From Chiloscyllium plagiosum (lineage: Eukaryota): a DNA stretch of 60,176 nt. Shown one piece after another: positions 1 to 13,859 of this stretch. The translations under genes and the position numbers were made by a program. How positions within the stretch are numbered: position 1 is the first letter of the stretch; the number at the start of each line of letters is the position of its first letter. The stretch lies in the NCBI RefSeq assembly GCF_004010195.1, contig NC_057718.1, positions 22,295,111 to 22,355,286 on the forward strand, in the 5' to 3' direction. The notes under the pieces are model-generated. The model was given only the letters and a program-made list of their open reading frames with translations. It searched no databases and had not been told where the DNA came from.

Positions 1-416
1 CCTTGGAACACTTCAACCCCAGGGCATCAATGTGGATTTTAACAGTTTCCTCATTTCCCCTTCCCCCACCTCATCCTAGCTTCTAACCTTCAGAAACTCG
101 ATCCCCTGACCTGTCCGGACTTGTCCGACCTGCCCAGCTCGTTTTCCACCTATCCACTCCACCCTCTCCTCCCTGACCTATCACCTTCATCTCCTTCCCC
201 ACCTACCTATTGTACTCTATGCTACTCTCTCCCCCCCCCCCCCCTCCTCTAGCTTATCTCTCCATGCTTCAGGCTCTCTGCCTTTATTCCTGATGAAGGG
301 CTTTTGCCCGAAACGTCGATTTTGCCTGTCCTCGGATGCTGCCTGAATTGCTGTGCTCTTCCAGCACCACTGATCCAGAATCTGGTTTCCAGCATCTGCA
401 GTCATTGTTTTTACCT
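1..416 (+). mobile_element. 3' end / terminal repeat of a Penelope-like retroelement
   Basis: Begins with LGTLQPQGINVDFNSF, resembling a PLE ORF C-terminus after the GIY-YIG domain. A C/T-rich UTR and a hammerhead motif follow, then the terminus ...ccagcatctgcagtcattgtttttacct shared with many short copies in the window. Confidence 0.75.
286..321 (+). ncRNA. Minimal type I hammerhead ribozyme motif
   Basis: attc-CTGATGA-a-GGGC-tttt-GCCC-GAAAC-GTC-gatt: catalytic core, stem II hairpin, palindromic ACGT stem III and GUC cleavage triplet. Confidence 0.8.
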
Positions 417-583
417 CGTTTGCTCTTATTTTAAGCAATGCCTAAACTTTAAGCAGAAAACACTGGTACAATTTCATATTTTCAAATAATATGCAACTCT
501 GAACACAATACAGCTGAATCTTGCACTACTGATCCCAAGGTAAATTCAATATTAAACATGAATAGGCCATTCAGTCCATTGTG

Positions 584-745
584 AGAAAGTGAGGGCTGCA
601 GATGCTGGAGATCAGAGCTGAAAATGTGTTGCTGGAAAAGCGCAGCATGTCAGGCAGCATCCAAGGAACAGGAGAATCGACGTTTTGGCTTATGCCCGAA
701 ATGTCGATTCTCCTGTTCCTTGGATGCTGCCTGACCTGCTGCGCT
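584..745 (-). mobile_element. Short PLE-derived fold-back insertion
   Basis: 16-bp TSD cattcagtccattgtg (568-583, 746-761); inverted arms at about 639-681 and 703-745. Confidence 0.8.
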
Positions 746-1499
746 CATTCAGTCCATTGTGCCTACCCCACCATTCAATTCAATGCCTTCTACTCACTTA
801 ATTCCCATAACCCACCATTGGTAATCATAAATTTATCAACTTCTACCTTAAATATACTCAAAGACTGAGGTTCCACAACCCTCTGTGCCAGACAGCTCCA
901 AACGTTCTCAAGTCTCTGAGTAAAGTAATTTATCCTCATCTCAAACTTAAATGGCATCTTCTTTGTTTTTAACTTGTGCTTTTGGTTTTAGACTCCCAAG
1001 GGAAATATTTTACCTGCATGTACTTAATCGCCTTAAGTTTTTTCTAAATTTCAACGAGATCACCTCACATTCTTGAAGCTCTGGAGAATACAGGTCCAAT
1101 TTTTTCAAATTCTCTTTGCAGGACAGTCCCAACCTCACAGGAACAAATCTGGTGAACCTTTGTTGTATGTCCTTCATGGAGACTCATCAAAAGGTCTTAA
1201 TCGAATCTTTTTAGCTTTCATTTGGCCATGTGTGCTTTGTGATAACTTTTATGTGGGTTTATAGGATGTAACCAGTGCTATACCATGTTCAATGATGTTT
1301 CTGGGCTGCTGCATTAAAATTGTTCCCCATTTACAATGTGGAAGGTGTTTGTGGAATAACAACCTTGGAAACATTGAAAATGTGGGCAGAAACACAGGAA
1401 GAGCCCTTCAAATGTCATGCTTTAAAATTTTGTTTGTGGGTGAGGCTCCAATTTTATTGCCATCTCCAAATGCCTTTTAAAGTTTTGCTTAGCTGTGTT

Positions 1500-3880
1500 C
1501 ATGAACTGCTGCAACGCATCCAGTATAGGTTAGACACAAAGTGCTATTAGGAAGTGAGTTGAAGGATTTTGACTCTGAGAGTGAAGGACAGTGATGCAGT
1601 TCCAAATCAGAATGATTGTGTCTTGCAATGGAACTTCCAGGTGGTGATGTTCCCACATCATTCTATGTGGTAGAGATAGTGCATTTGGAAGCTGCAGGAT
1701 CCTGGCAAGTTGTTGCGTGTTTTTAGGCATTTACATGTATGTCTTGTAAATATTGCATACTCCATCTGGTGATGGAGGGACTGAATGTTTAGAATGATGG
1801 ATGAGCTGCTTTATTCCAGATGGTGTCAAACTTTGTGAGTATAATTGGAGCTGCATACATCCAGACAAGTGGGGAATATTCCTTTACCATTACTAAGTTG
1901 TGCTTTATAGTTGGTGGATAGACTTTTGTGTCAAGAAGTGACTTGCATACTACAGAATTCCTTGCCCCTGACTTTTTAGAAATCTACTTGTGGGGCGTGG
2001 GCATTGCTAGCTGGGCCAGCATTTATTGCCTAGCCCTAGTTGTCCTCGAAAAGGTAGTGGTGAGCTGCCTTCATGAATCACAGTAATCCATGTGCTGTTG
2101 GTAGATCCACAATGCCATTAGGGTGAGAATTCCAGGACTTTGACCCTGCAATTGTGAAGGAACAGTGATATATTTCAGAGTCAGGACTGTGAGACACTTT
2201 GATGGGAACTTGGAGATGGCGTTATACCCATATATGTACACTACCCTGGATGTTCTAGATGGTAGTGGCTGTGGGTGTGGAATGTGCAGTCTTTGACAAA
2301 TTTCTGCAGTGCATATTGTAGATAGTACACATTGCTGCTACTGAGCATTGGTGTTGGAGTGACTGGATGTTGTGGATGTGGTGCCACTAAAACAGACTGC
2401 TTTGTCCTGGATGGTGTCAAGCTTCGTCAGTATTGTCGGAACTGCACTAATCCAGACAAGTAGCAAATATTCCACCAAACTCCTGATTTTTTGATTGTGG
2501 ATAGTGAACAGGCTTTGGGGAGTCAGGAGGTGAGTTAAGCACTGCAGGATTTCTGGGCTCTAATCTGCTGTTTTAGCTACTGTGTTTATATGGTGACTCC
2601 AGTTCAGTTTCTGGTCAATGGTAACCTCTCTCCAGGATGTTGGTAGCTGGGGATTTGGTGATGGTAATGCCATTGAATTTTAAGGGGTGGTGGTTAAATT
2701 CTCTCTCATCAGAGATGGTCATTGCCTGGTATTTATGTAGCATATATGTTACTTGCCATTTTTCAGCCAAGCCTGGATATTGTCCAGTTATTATTGCATT
2801 TGGGCAGGGACACCTTCCATTTCTGGAGATAGTGTGATCATTGGTGAACATCGCCAGTTCTGACCTTATGATGCAGAGAAGGTTATTGATGAAGCAGCTG
2901 AAGATAGTGGGGCCTAGGACACTATCTTGAGGAACTTCTACCTGGGACTGAGATGATTGGCTGCCAACAAGCATAATCATTTTCCTTTGTACTAGTTATG
3001 ACTCTAACCAGTGTGTAGAGCCTTTTATCAATTCCAGTTATCTTCAATTTTGAGATGTATCCTTGATGTCATGCTCAGTCAAATGCTCACTTGATTTGAC
3101 TTCATTTCTTCAATCTGGGTTCTTTTTCCCATGGTTAAACCAAAGCTATAATCAAATGTTCCTTGTGAAATTCAAACTGAACATTGGATCACTTTATAAA
3201 GCACCCCCAGTGACAACTTCCATCACTTTGCTGATGATTGAGAGTAGACTGAAAAGCCAGGCTAAATTTGTCCTACTTTTTGTGGACAGTAGCTATCTGG
3301 ATAATTTAATAAATATTTTCAGTATTGCAGCTCTACTGGAGTTGGTGGGACATTGCTAATTCTGAAGCACAAGTCTTCAGTAGTACACCTGAGATGCTGT
3401 CAGGTCTCACGGTCTCTGCTGTAATCAGTGCCTTCGTCTTACCTTTGAGATCTTGTGGTCTGAGTGAAATTGATTGATACTTATCATTTGTGAATCTGGA
3501 GACCTCAGGAATATGCTGAGATGTGCCATCCATTCAACATTACAAGCTAAAAATGACTGCAAATATTTTAGCCTTCTCTTTTGCACTTTTATGCTAGGCT
3601 TCCCACTCCCTGAGGATATTTGTGGACTTCCTCCTCCAACTAATTATTTAATTATCTGACACCATTCAAAACTGGAACTGACAGCTCTTCAGATTTATAA
3701 TCTAATTTGTTGGTTGTGGGATCGCTCTGCTCTGTTTGTCACATGGTACTTCCGCAGTTTAGCATCTACATAGTCCCGTATTTTAGCTTGATTAGCTTGG
3801 CACGTCACTTTTAAATATGTCTGCTCCTGGCCTGCTCTTCTCCACACCTCATTGATCCACGGTTATTCCTCCCACTTCCT
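1500..3880 (-). mobile_element. Old, degraded CR1-like LINE fragments
   Basis: Minus-strand RT remnant VPQDSVLGPTIFSCFINNL...AEKWQVT (ORF 2615-2980). 3' tail near 1990-2060 is similar to that at 39825-39890. Boundaries approximate. Confidence 0.7.
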
Positions 3881-5148
3881 TTGGCTGAGAGTAGCTTTAC
3901 TTTCTGGCTGCGGAGCTTCCTGAAAGTAACAGAAACACAAATTGCATTGCTGTGCATAAAGCCCACTCAATCAAGACCAAGTAGCAAAATGGACTAACAT
4001 ATAGTACTATTACTTTTTTTTAAGGCTACATTGGAAAAATCTTCAAGTCTTCCTGCTGCTAATGGCACTATTACTGTCTGTTTACTGCTGGATCTGTTTC
4101 TACCTGCAATGCTGTAATATCATTGCAGTATTAAGTACATTCTACCACATTGGTGCAGATCCTGGAGAATTCTTGCAAGTATGCCAGCCTTTCGCTTGTC
4201 AGAGAGGCTTACAAAGTGACACCCTAGTGAAATGACTATTTCAATCTATAGAGTTAAAAGAAAAGAGAGACAAGGGCAATAGTTGGACAAACATTTATAA
4301 TTACCAGGCCTTGAAATTAGGTTTAAAAAAACAGTTTTAAATGCTTTCGACATTGATGCCTCACCAGAGCACACTTTACTCAGACTGGTGCTTTGTTTTA
4401 CACTGAATGGCAATAAGTGTCAGCTTTTGCACATTATAGAAGCTGTTCTCTGCAAATGGATTTGGGCTGTCAACCAGTATTAATTTTGCAGCAGAATGTC
4501 TCTGTAACACTGCCTGATGATGATGCAGGTTGAGCATTTTATTGTAGATTGTGCTTTTCACTTAAACATTTACATTAGAAGAACAAATATATTGCAGTGA
4601 AAAGAGTGTTTCTCAAATGCAATAATATCGCAGCAGCTCATTCTTCTGACAACAGGAGATCTTGGGAGCTCCTACTCCGGAAAATAATGTCAGCAGTCTT
4701 GCAAGCCAAACACTGTGTTGTACTTAAAGAGGAGATCATTCCTATCTGAGAAAATGTTGAGGTGTGAAAACCTGAACTGTAGTGTTACCCAGTTTATTGA
4801 CAGCAATGCTTCATTCCATAGCAGTTGCTCAATCTGCTTCACTTGAACTTCCACACAAAGTAATTGTTAGACTTTCAGACAATCTTCCCTCATGTTGATA
4901 ATAAAAAAGCAGTTTGTATGAGTCGATAGACACATCTGTTAACTGGAGCCTGCAATTATATGTGCGATATTGTGCCATGGAGCCAGCAAGCTCTCTTTCT
5001 TTGGTATATCATAGCAGTGAGTTTTCTGATCTGCTTTGCAGTGAAAGTTGTAGGGTACTATCAGGCCATTGCTTTCAGGTTAAAGCTCAGGCTGGTTTGC
5101 TCACAGGCAGAATAATCCAAAGAAACAGTATGACACAGTTGGATATGA

Positions 5149-5278
5149 GGTAAAAACAATGACTGCAGATGCTGGAAACCAGATTCTGGATTAGTGGTGC
5201 TGGAAGAGCACAGCAATTCAGGCAGCATCCGAGGAGCTTCGAAATCGACGTTTCGGGCAAAAGCCCTTCATCAGGAAG
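5149..5278 (-). mobile_element. Short PLE terminal fragment with an intact hammerhead motif (about 5243-5277)
   Basis: 14-bp TSD acagttggatatga (5135-5148, 5279-5292). Reverse complement reads ttcCTGATGAaGGGCttttGCCCGAAACGTCgatt. Confidence 0.8.
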
Positions 5279-5949
5279 ACAGTTGGATATGATACAATGC
5301 TAGCCTTGTGTAACCAATAAATAGATTGTTTTGAAACAAGAAAAAAATAAAATGTACATTAAATAAGTGGCACAGGACTAGCATTTCAGAGGCTTTGGAT
5401 GGTATTTGTTGAATGCATAGGGGATGGTGTGGGATGTGGAAGTCACAGAACCTTGGTGGGAGAGGCGGGTGGTAAGGTGTTGAACAAATGATTTGCCCCG
5501 GAGAGGCCTACAAGCATATCTGGGGCGGGGGAGAGGTTTGCTTCTCGGGACTCCCACATTTTGAGTGATCTACCTCTTTGTGAGTATCACTGGGAGTGGG
5601 ATGATGCCCTTACACAGGCAGTAGCCCATTTAAGAGCCTTAATTAGCTGTGTGCTTGTAAAACTATCAATGTGATTTTCTGCCTGGACTTAAATAGGGCA
5701 GAGACAAGAAAATACCAGATAGAGGCATCCAAATACTTTCCAAATGTAACAGTAATGGAATAGTTGCTGGATGTTTATTTCTGTATTGTCTCAATCTTGT
5801 AACTAATGAAGCTGTGCCGAGATACTTTTCTATACAAATTGACGCTGTAATTGCGGCGGATATATTTTTCACTGTACTCATTGAGTATTTGTGACAATAA
5901 AAGCTATTCCATTCTAGTTATTTCTGAAACTAAATTGAATGAAATTTGC

Positions 5950-6275
5950 AGGGAGCATGGTGGCTCAGTGGTTAGCACTGCTGCCTCACAGTGCCAGGGA
6001 TCCAGGTTCAAATCCAGCCTTGCGTGACTATTTCTATGGAGTTTGCATGGTCCCCCCAACCGTGTGGGTTTTCTCCAGGTCTCCTGTTTCCTCCCACAGT
6101 CCAAAGATGTTCAGGTTAGGTGGGAGCACCATGTTAAGTTGTCCATATTGTCCGGGGAGTTGCAAACTAGGTTGGGAATAGTTGTGGCAAATGGAGGATC
6201 ACGGGGCTAGGGTAGGGGTCGATAGGCACGTAATGGATTGAATGTCATCTATCTGCACAGTAAGGATTCTACAAC
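5950..6275 (+). mobile_element. tRNA-derived SINE (HE1-like), diverged
   Basis: A box tggctcagtgg, B box ggttcaaatcc, and a body (gagtttgca...cctcccacagtccaaagatg) shared with five other copies. Confidence 0.85.
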
Positions 6276-7089
6276 ATTTGTGAGTTGTTTCATCTTGCCT
6301 TACTTTGTTGCTAGTTGCATAAAATGTGTTCAGTTCTCAGGTGGGCTAACAAGTTGCACAGTTGTAAAACCACTGCCACGTTACTGATCAATAAGAGGAA
6401 TATTAATAAATCAATTTCTAGTGCCCATACGTTCAATCAGGATCCAATTTAGACAATTCCAGGTCAGTTGAATGTGCAAAGAACAGCCACAAACATCTGG
6501 GATCATGAACCCAATGTGGCAAAGTCACATCCCAGGGATATTCAAATAACAGGTTGAATGGTGCTCATACCTTGAAAGTCCTACCTTGGGGGAATTTGAG
6601 AGATGTTGGGATTGAGAGAGAAGAATGGGACTGTAGTAAAATCTACTGGTTGAAATCCAATACAACTGGCTAGCTCAACACATTGGTGAGTTTGATGCTT
6701 GCTTCATGCTCATTGATTAATTTGGGATGATCAAGATGTATTGGTTTTGATCTCCATGCCCAATATTATGGCGAACTAGCGTCTGAGGTGCCAGCTGTTA
6801 CACTGAGGTAATTGATTGCTTCTGCCTCTAGATTTTGTATGACTTTTCAATGTCAGCCAGTTAAATAACAAAAGACAAAGTAAAATGAGGAAATGACAAG
6901 CAAAACTATTAAGCTGCAGCGGACCTTCAACTGCTTTGAACCTGGTACCTTTGTACCTTTGTACCAAGGATGATTGCAGGATGCTGGTGTCAGTCAAATG
7001 ATACAGTACTGACTGGAATCAGACTTTGCTTCACTTCCATCCAAGATGCTGAAACGTCTTGGCAAGTTTTCCAATAACTTTCAATAATG

Positions 7090-10000
7090 TAGTACGAACA
7101 GCCAAGTTTCTGGCATTGAGACTGGCTCTAATGTAATGAGAGGTACGTGGGGTTCCAAGCGATCAATTGTCTTAGGGGATTCTCTAGTCCGAGGTACAGA
7201 CAGACGTTTCTGTGGCCAGCAGCGAAAAATCAGAATGGTGTGTTGCTTCCCTGGTGCCAGGATCAAGGATGTCTCAGAGAGGGTGCAGAATGTTTCCAAG
7301 GGGGAGAGGGGCCAGCAGGAGGTCATTGTACACATTGGAACCAATGACATAGGAAGGGAATTACAGAGAGTTAGGCAGGAATTTAAAAAGGAGGTCCTCG
7401 AGAGAAGTAATATCTGGATTACTCCTGGTGCTACGGGATAGTGAGGGCAGGAATAGGAGGATAGAGCATGGCTGAGGAGCTGGTGTACAGGAGAATGATT
7501 CACATCTTTGGATCTTTGGAAGCTGTTTTGGGGTAGAAATGACCTGTACAAAAAGACATATTGGACCTAAATTGAAAGGAGGCTACTGTACCGGCAGGGA
7601 GATTTGCTAGAGCTGCTCGGGAGGATTTAAACTAGTGAGGTGGGGTGTGGGACCCAGGGAGATAGTGAGGAAAGATTTCAATCTGAGACTGCTACAGTTG
7701 AAAATAAAGGCGAGTCAAACAGTCAGGGCAGGCAGGGACAAAGCAGAGAACAAGGTAGAACTGATAAATTAAACTGCATTTATTTCAATGCAAGGGGCCT
7801 AACAGGGAAGACAGATGAACTCAAGGCATGGTTAGGAACATGGGACTAGGATATCATATCAATTACCCAGGGAAGTTATTTGGGTGGAACTGAGAAATAA
7901 GAAAGGGATGATCACCTTATTGGGATTGTATTATAGACCCCCTAATAGTCAGAGGGAAATTGAGAAACAAATTTGTAAGGCGATCTCAGTTATCTGTGAG
8001 AATAATAGATTGGTTATGGTAGTGGATTTTAACTTTCCAAACATAGCTTGGGACTGCTGTAGTATTCAGGGTTTAGATGCAGAGGAATTTGTTAAGTATG
8101 TACAAGAAAATATCTGATTCAGTATGTAGATGTACTTACTAGAGAAGGTGCAAAACTTGACCTACTCTTGGGAAATAAGGCAGGGCAGGTGGCTGTGCCA
8201 GTGGGGGAGCACTTTGGGGCCAGCGACCATAATTCTATTAATTTTAAAATAGTGATAGAAAAGGATAGAGCAGATCTAAAAGTTGAAGTTCTAAATTGGA
8301 GGAAGGCCAATTTTGATGGGATTAGGCAAGAACTTTCGAAAGCTGACTGGGGACAGATGTTCGCAGGTAAAGGGATGGCTGGAAAATGGGAAGGTTTTAG
8401 AAGTGAGATAACAAGAGTCCAGATAAAGTATATTCCTGTCAGAGTGAAAGGAAAGGCTGGTAGGTATAGGGAATGCAGGATGACTAAAGAAATTGAGGGT
8501 TTGTTAAGAAAAAGAAGGAAGCATATGTCAGATATAGACAGGATAGATCGAGTGCATCCTTAGAAGAGTATAAAGGCAGTCCGAATATACTTGAGAGAAA
8601 TCAGGAGGGTAAAAAGGGAACATGACATAGCTTTGGCAAATAGAATTAAGGAGAATCCAAAGGGTTTTTACAAATACATTAAGGACAAAAGGGTAACCAG
8701 GAAGAGAATAGGGCCCCTCAAAAATCAGCAAAGCGGCCTTTGTGTGGAGCCGCAGGAGATGGGGGAGATACTAAATGAGTATTTTGCATCAGTATTTACT
8801 GTGAAAAAGGACATTGAAGATATAGAATGTAGGGAAATAGATGGTGACATCTTGAAAAATGTCCATATTACAGAGGAGGAAGTGCTTGCTTCATGCTTAT
8901 TGATTAATTTGGGATGATCAAGATGTATTGGTTTTGATCTCCATGCCCAATGGAGATCAAACGCATTAAAGTGGATAAATCCTCAGGACCTGATCAGGTG
9001 TACACTAGAACTTTGTGAGAAGCTAGGGAAGTGATTGCTGGGTCTCTTGCTGAGATATTTGTATCATCGAGAGTCACAGGTAAGGTGCTGGAAGACAGGA
9101 GGTTGGCTAACGGTGATAAGGACAAGCCAGGGAACTATAGACCAGTCAGCCTGTCATTGGTGGTGGGCAAGTTGTTGGAGAGAATCCTGAGGGACAAGAT
9201 ATACATGTATTTGGAAAGGCAAGGACTGATTAGGTATAGACGAAATGGCTTTATGCAAGGGAATTCATATCTCACAAACTTGATTGAGTTTTTTGAAGAA
9301 GTAACATAGAAGATTGATGAGGGCAGAGTGGTGGGTATGATCTATATGGACTTCAGTGAGATGTTCAACAAAGTTTCTCATGAGAGACTGGTGAGCAAGG
9401 TTAGAACTCATGAAATACAGGGAGAATTTGGATACAGAATGGGCTGAAAGGTAGGAGGCAGAGGGTGGTGGTGGGTTGTTTTTCAGTAGTGGGTCCACTA
9501 CTTTTCATCATTTATATAAATAGTTTGGATGTGAGCATAAGAAGTATAGTTAGTAAGCTTGCAGATGACATCAAAATTGGAAGTGTAGTGGACAGTGAAG
9601 AAGGTTACCACAGATTGCAACGGGAACTTGATCAGATGGGCCAATGGGCTGAGAAGTGGCAAAGAAGTGGAGAAGTGGAGTTTAATTTAGATAAATGTGA
9701 GGTGCTGCATTTTGAGAAAGCAAATTTTAGCAAGACTTATACACTTAATGGTAAGGTCCTAGTGAGTGTTGCTGAACAAAGAGACCTTGGAGTGCAGGCT
9801 CATAGGTCCTTGAAAACGGAGTTGCACATAGATAGGATAGTGAAGAAGGTGTTTAGTATGCTTTCCTTTATTGGTCAGAATATTGAGTATAGGAGTTGGG
9901 AGGTCATGTTGCGGCTGTACAGGACATTGGTTAGGCCACTGTTGGAATATTGCGTGCAATTCTGGTCTCCTTCCTATAGGTAAGATGTTGTGAAATTGAA

Positions 10001-10191
10001 AGGTTTCAGAAAAGATTTACATGGATGTTGCCAGGGTTGGAGGATTCGAGCTATAGGGAGAGGCTGAATAGGTAAAAACAATGACTGTAGATGCTGGAAA
10101 CCAGATTCTGGATTAGTGTTGCTGGAAAAGCTCAGCAGTTCAGGCAGCATCCTCCTCGGAGAGGTTGAATAGGCTGGGGCTGTTTTCCCTG
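7090..10191 (+). mobile_element. CR1-clade (HER1-like) LINE, decayed: ORF1 SGNH esterase, ORF2 APE and RT
   Basis: IVLGDSLVRG and VHIGTNDIG (esterase); YFNARGL, GLYYRPPN, DFNFPNI and SDHNSI (APE); PGNYRPVSL, SKLADD and YRTLVRPLLEYCVQFWSP (RT and C-terminus). Many stops and frameshifts. Confidence 0.92.
10073..10157 (-). mobile_element. Short PLE terminal fragment nested in the CR1 LINE
   Basis: TSD ggagagg(c/t)tgaatagg (10057-10072, 10158-10173); same terminus as the copy at 5149. Confidence 0.8.
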
Positions 10192-10727
10192 TGCCTCCTG
10201 GGAATGATATCCCTGAACCTGACACAATTACATATTTTCAATCTTGATGAAGGCCTAGTTATGGATTCTTTTTGATAATTTCCCATCACATCCTAACTTT
10301 TTGACCTCTGAAACCGTGGAAGCTGAGGCCATGACTTATTATTGACCAAGTTACAAATTGCAACAACTCAACAGTGAAACTAGCCAGTAATGCAACCTTC
10401 CATTAAGAGGAGCATTTTCACTTTGAATACACCTCTCGAAGCCAGCAGGAAGATGGTAGACATTCTATTTCTGACACCATTGGTTGTGAAATTTTCTGTT
10501 TAATTTGGATGAGGCCCGGAAGTTAAAATAGACTTGGATTCAAATTTAAGATATCTTTGCAAATTTAGTGTTGGCCATTATAAGATGGTTATGTTTTAAA
10601 CTCTCTCCTTTAATGCAAGTTAAAATTGATTCATTTGAGGGGGAAGGGAAGGCAAACTCCTGCTGATTCTGCCTAGAGACCAGTTCATGTGAACTGGTTG
10701 CTAACGGGACAGGGCCTTTCAAAATAT

Positions 10728-10915
10728 GGGAGAAAATGAGGACCGCAGGTGCTGGAGATCAGAGTCGAGAGTGTAGTGCTGGAAAAGCACAGCAGGTCAG
10801 GCAGCACCCGAGGAACAGTAGAATTAATGTTTCAGGCAGTAGCTTATGCCCGAAATGTCGATTCTCCTGTTCCTCAGATGCTGCCTGACCTGCTGTGCTT
10901 TTTCACACTATGCCT
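10728..10915 (-). mobile_element. Short PLE-derived fold-back insertion, diverged
   Basis: Inverted arms aaaagcacagcaggtcaggcagca.../...tgctgcctgacctgctgtgctttt around a partial hammerhead (gcttatgcccgaaatgtc). Confidence 0.75.
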
Positions 10916-12019
10916 CTCAAAATCTATTGAGGGTACAAGTGTAGGTTTTAGCACAGAATCACAGGATTATTGCAAAATGCTATTTAGTCCATTGTGTCTG
11001 CACTGATTCTTGATATGAGCAGCATGACTTAGTGCCATTCTCCTGACCTTTCCTCATACCCCTCCACAATATTTCTGTTTAAATAAACCGCTAATGTCCT
11101 CTTGAGTGACTTGATTGAATCTGCTTCTACCTCACTTCCAGGCAGAACATTCTTGACCCGAACCACCCATTGCACGAAAATGATTTTTGGTCATAATGCA
11201 TTTATTTATTCGTGAATCACTGTAAATCATTGCCCGCTCATTCTTGATCCATTTTCTAGTGGAAACAATTTCTCCTTGTCAACACTGTTGTAGCCACATT
11301 ACCACCCTTTATTCCATGAGCTATAACCTTTCTCACAAGTCTATTGTATGGCACTGCATTGAATGTCATTTGGTAATTCATCTACAAAAGATTGGAAACA
11401 TTATCTTCATCAAATCGCTGCTGTTATCCAAACAACTCCAGCAAATCAATTAACCGTTCTTTTGATCCTTGAAGAAGCCCTTGTTCTCTCTCCCTAATGA
11501 ATCTATATTTGCCCCTAATGTTATTAATTCTATTTCATATTGTGTTTTCTGGAGGTTTTCTCACTACTGATTGGTCTGTATTTGATGGGGTTTCCTATGT
11601 AATTTGTTTTGAACAATGGTGTAATGTGTAATGTTTGCAATTCTCCACCTGGCTTGTTGAAGAATTCTTCCAGAAGAGAATTCCCTCAGTGAGGTAGAGA
11701 AAAGATAGCCTATAAAATCTCTAGAACACATCTGAGACTTGACATAAAAGACTGTGGATGTTTTGAGAACTTGAGTAATGTATAAATGTGGTGCAGAGCT
11801 TTCAGTTTGGTAAGACTTTAATTAGGAATACTCTTTAGTGTGTGCTGCCCTCTGAGTAATGTTTAGTTGAAGTTGATTTTGATTTGTCTGTTACAACAAA
11901 AATCTTGAAACATGAAATCTTGTCATGTGATCTTTTGACTTGAGAAATCCATAATTTTTAAAATGTTATCGGTCTGTACAGCACTTGCATGTCATCCCTT
12001 CCTTAAAGCAGCTCCATGT

Positions 12020-12350
12020 TAAAATCAGGCTTTGAGTTCTTCAGTTTCAAATAACCTCCCTTCCCATTCCCTGATTCCCTTTCTAGTCCCTCCCTCTCCC
12101 TTCCATTCCTCTAGCTACCATTCCCCCTCCCTTCCCTTCCTTCTAGCTACCAACTGGATTCATTCCTCCCATTCGACCAACCAGGTTGTACCCTCAACCT
12201 GTGTTCACCTCACCACAACGCCCCTCCCCCTTTTATCTGCAGCTCCCCTTTCACTCATCCCCAGTCCTGAAGAAGGGTTACAGTCGAAACTCAACCTCCT
12301 GATGCTGCCTGGATTGCTGTGTTCTTCCAGCCTCCGGCTTGTCTACCTTA
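12020..12350 (+). mobile_element. Older PLE 3' end with a degenerate hammerhead motif
   Basis: C/T-rich tract, then CTGAAGAagggttacagtcGAAAC (12267-12290) and a gatgctgcctgg...ttccagc tail. Same layout as 1-416. Confidence 0.65.
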
Positions 12351-13859
12351 ATGTTACAAAGCACAATGCATAATTTGCAATATTAATGTCATGAATATTT
12401 CCTCTGGTATATGCCATTAGCCATATGAACATGTATTGTGACTGAAAATGTGTCCTCAATTTTGATAATGGGAAATCTCTTTAAAAGGAGAAATAATTTG
12501 CCAGAGGCAGAACTTTGGCAGATGATAGATTAACTATGTTTTGCTTTTTGAGTAAAGCATTCCTTAGATAACCGGATATCTGAAAGAGAGCAGCCTAAAG
12601 CATCCTAAAGCAGCCGTAATGTACAAATAAGGCTGGTGACTGAAGTGGAAAAGCTGCTGGCAGGTTTCATTCAATGCTCCAGTAAATGAGTTAAGGGTTA
12701 TTTTTGAAACTGATAGCGTGCTGCCCTTTTGAGGACAAGAAAATGGGAGCACTGGTCTGGTTCTTTATCCTGGACACTTCCTTTTTACCACATTGATTTG
12801 CCACTGAAATGGTTCTGATCCCCAAAACTTCAAAACCAAAAGAAACCATTCTTTCAAGCAAGAATGAGAAACTACAGAGAATGACAGCTAACTCGAGTAA
12901 TTAAATGGCATTGAAACATTTTGAAGATAGAGCATCAGAAAGTGAACAGTTGCTATTTTTGAATCTTGGTGAGAACATTGGGAAAAATCTGTCCTATATT
13001 GAACAGTGCTGTAAGACATCTATAATATTCACTTGAATTGGCAGGAGAGAATCTGATGTCTTTTGAAATGGAAGCAGCACTTTTAAATTGCATTTCCCTT
13101 TCAGATGTTAAGCTGCTTTTGTAATTGCATTCCCCCCTCTGAGTCAGAACTTATTCATTTTGAGATTTGTGTAACTGAGTTGGGTTGATAATCTTATACA
13201 TTCAAGAAGGAAAATTGCATTGTGCAATAAGGCCAGCTTAATCCTGGATTTCTGTTTAAGGAAAATGTAAAGGACTCCACAGCTCTATTTGACACAGAAC
13301 AAAACAGTTGTCCTTGGCTAACATCTATCCATCAGTCAATTAGATTAAATGATAATTTATTTCACTTGCTGTTAGTGGAATCGCTGCTGTGCACAAATTA
13401 ACTGCTGTGTTTCCAAATGTAACACTCCAAAATACATACATGATTGTGAAGTACTTTGGGCTACTGCATTTATGTGAAAGTTCCTACATAAATGCCAGTT
13501 CTTTCTCTACTAAAATGTTGACAAGTTTTTGCAATGAGGTTGTGGAGTGGAATTTAAAGCAGCCACCTGTGGACTCAGAGCTGAGAGCGTTCCCCATGTT
13601 TTAAAAAATGCTCTTACGAAGCAAGTGATGATGGCAAGCTATTGTCAATTGCTCATCTGTAAATGCCTGGAGGGCATTAACAGTCATCCGCATGGTTATA
13701 GCTGGGTACACTTCATACCACTTAATACCCATTCCCAGGACTATGTTCGTGAACATTCCCCTGCTGTCTCACACATCATAGTCTGAGAAAGATAAATGAG
13801 AACATAGATGACTTTTGCTTCTACCGTGAGCTTTGTATCACTAACATCTTTGTTTAGAA

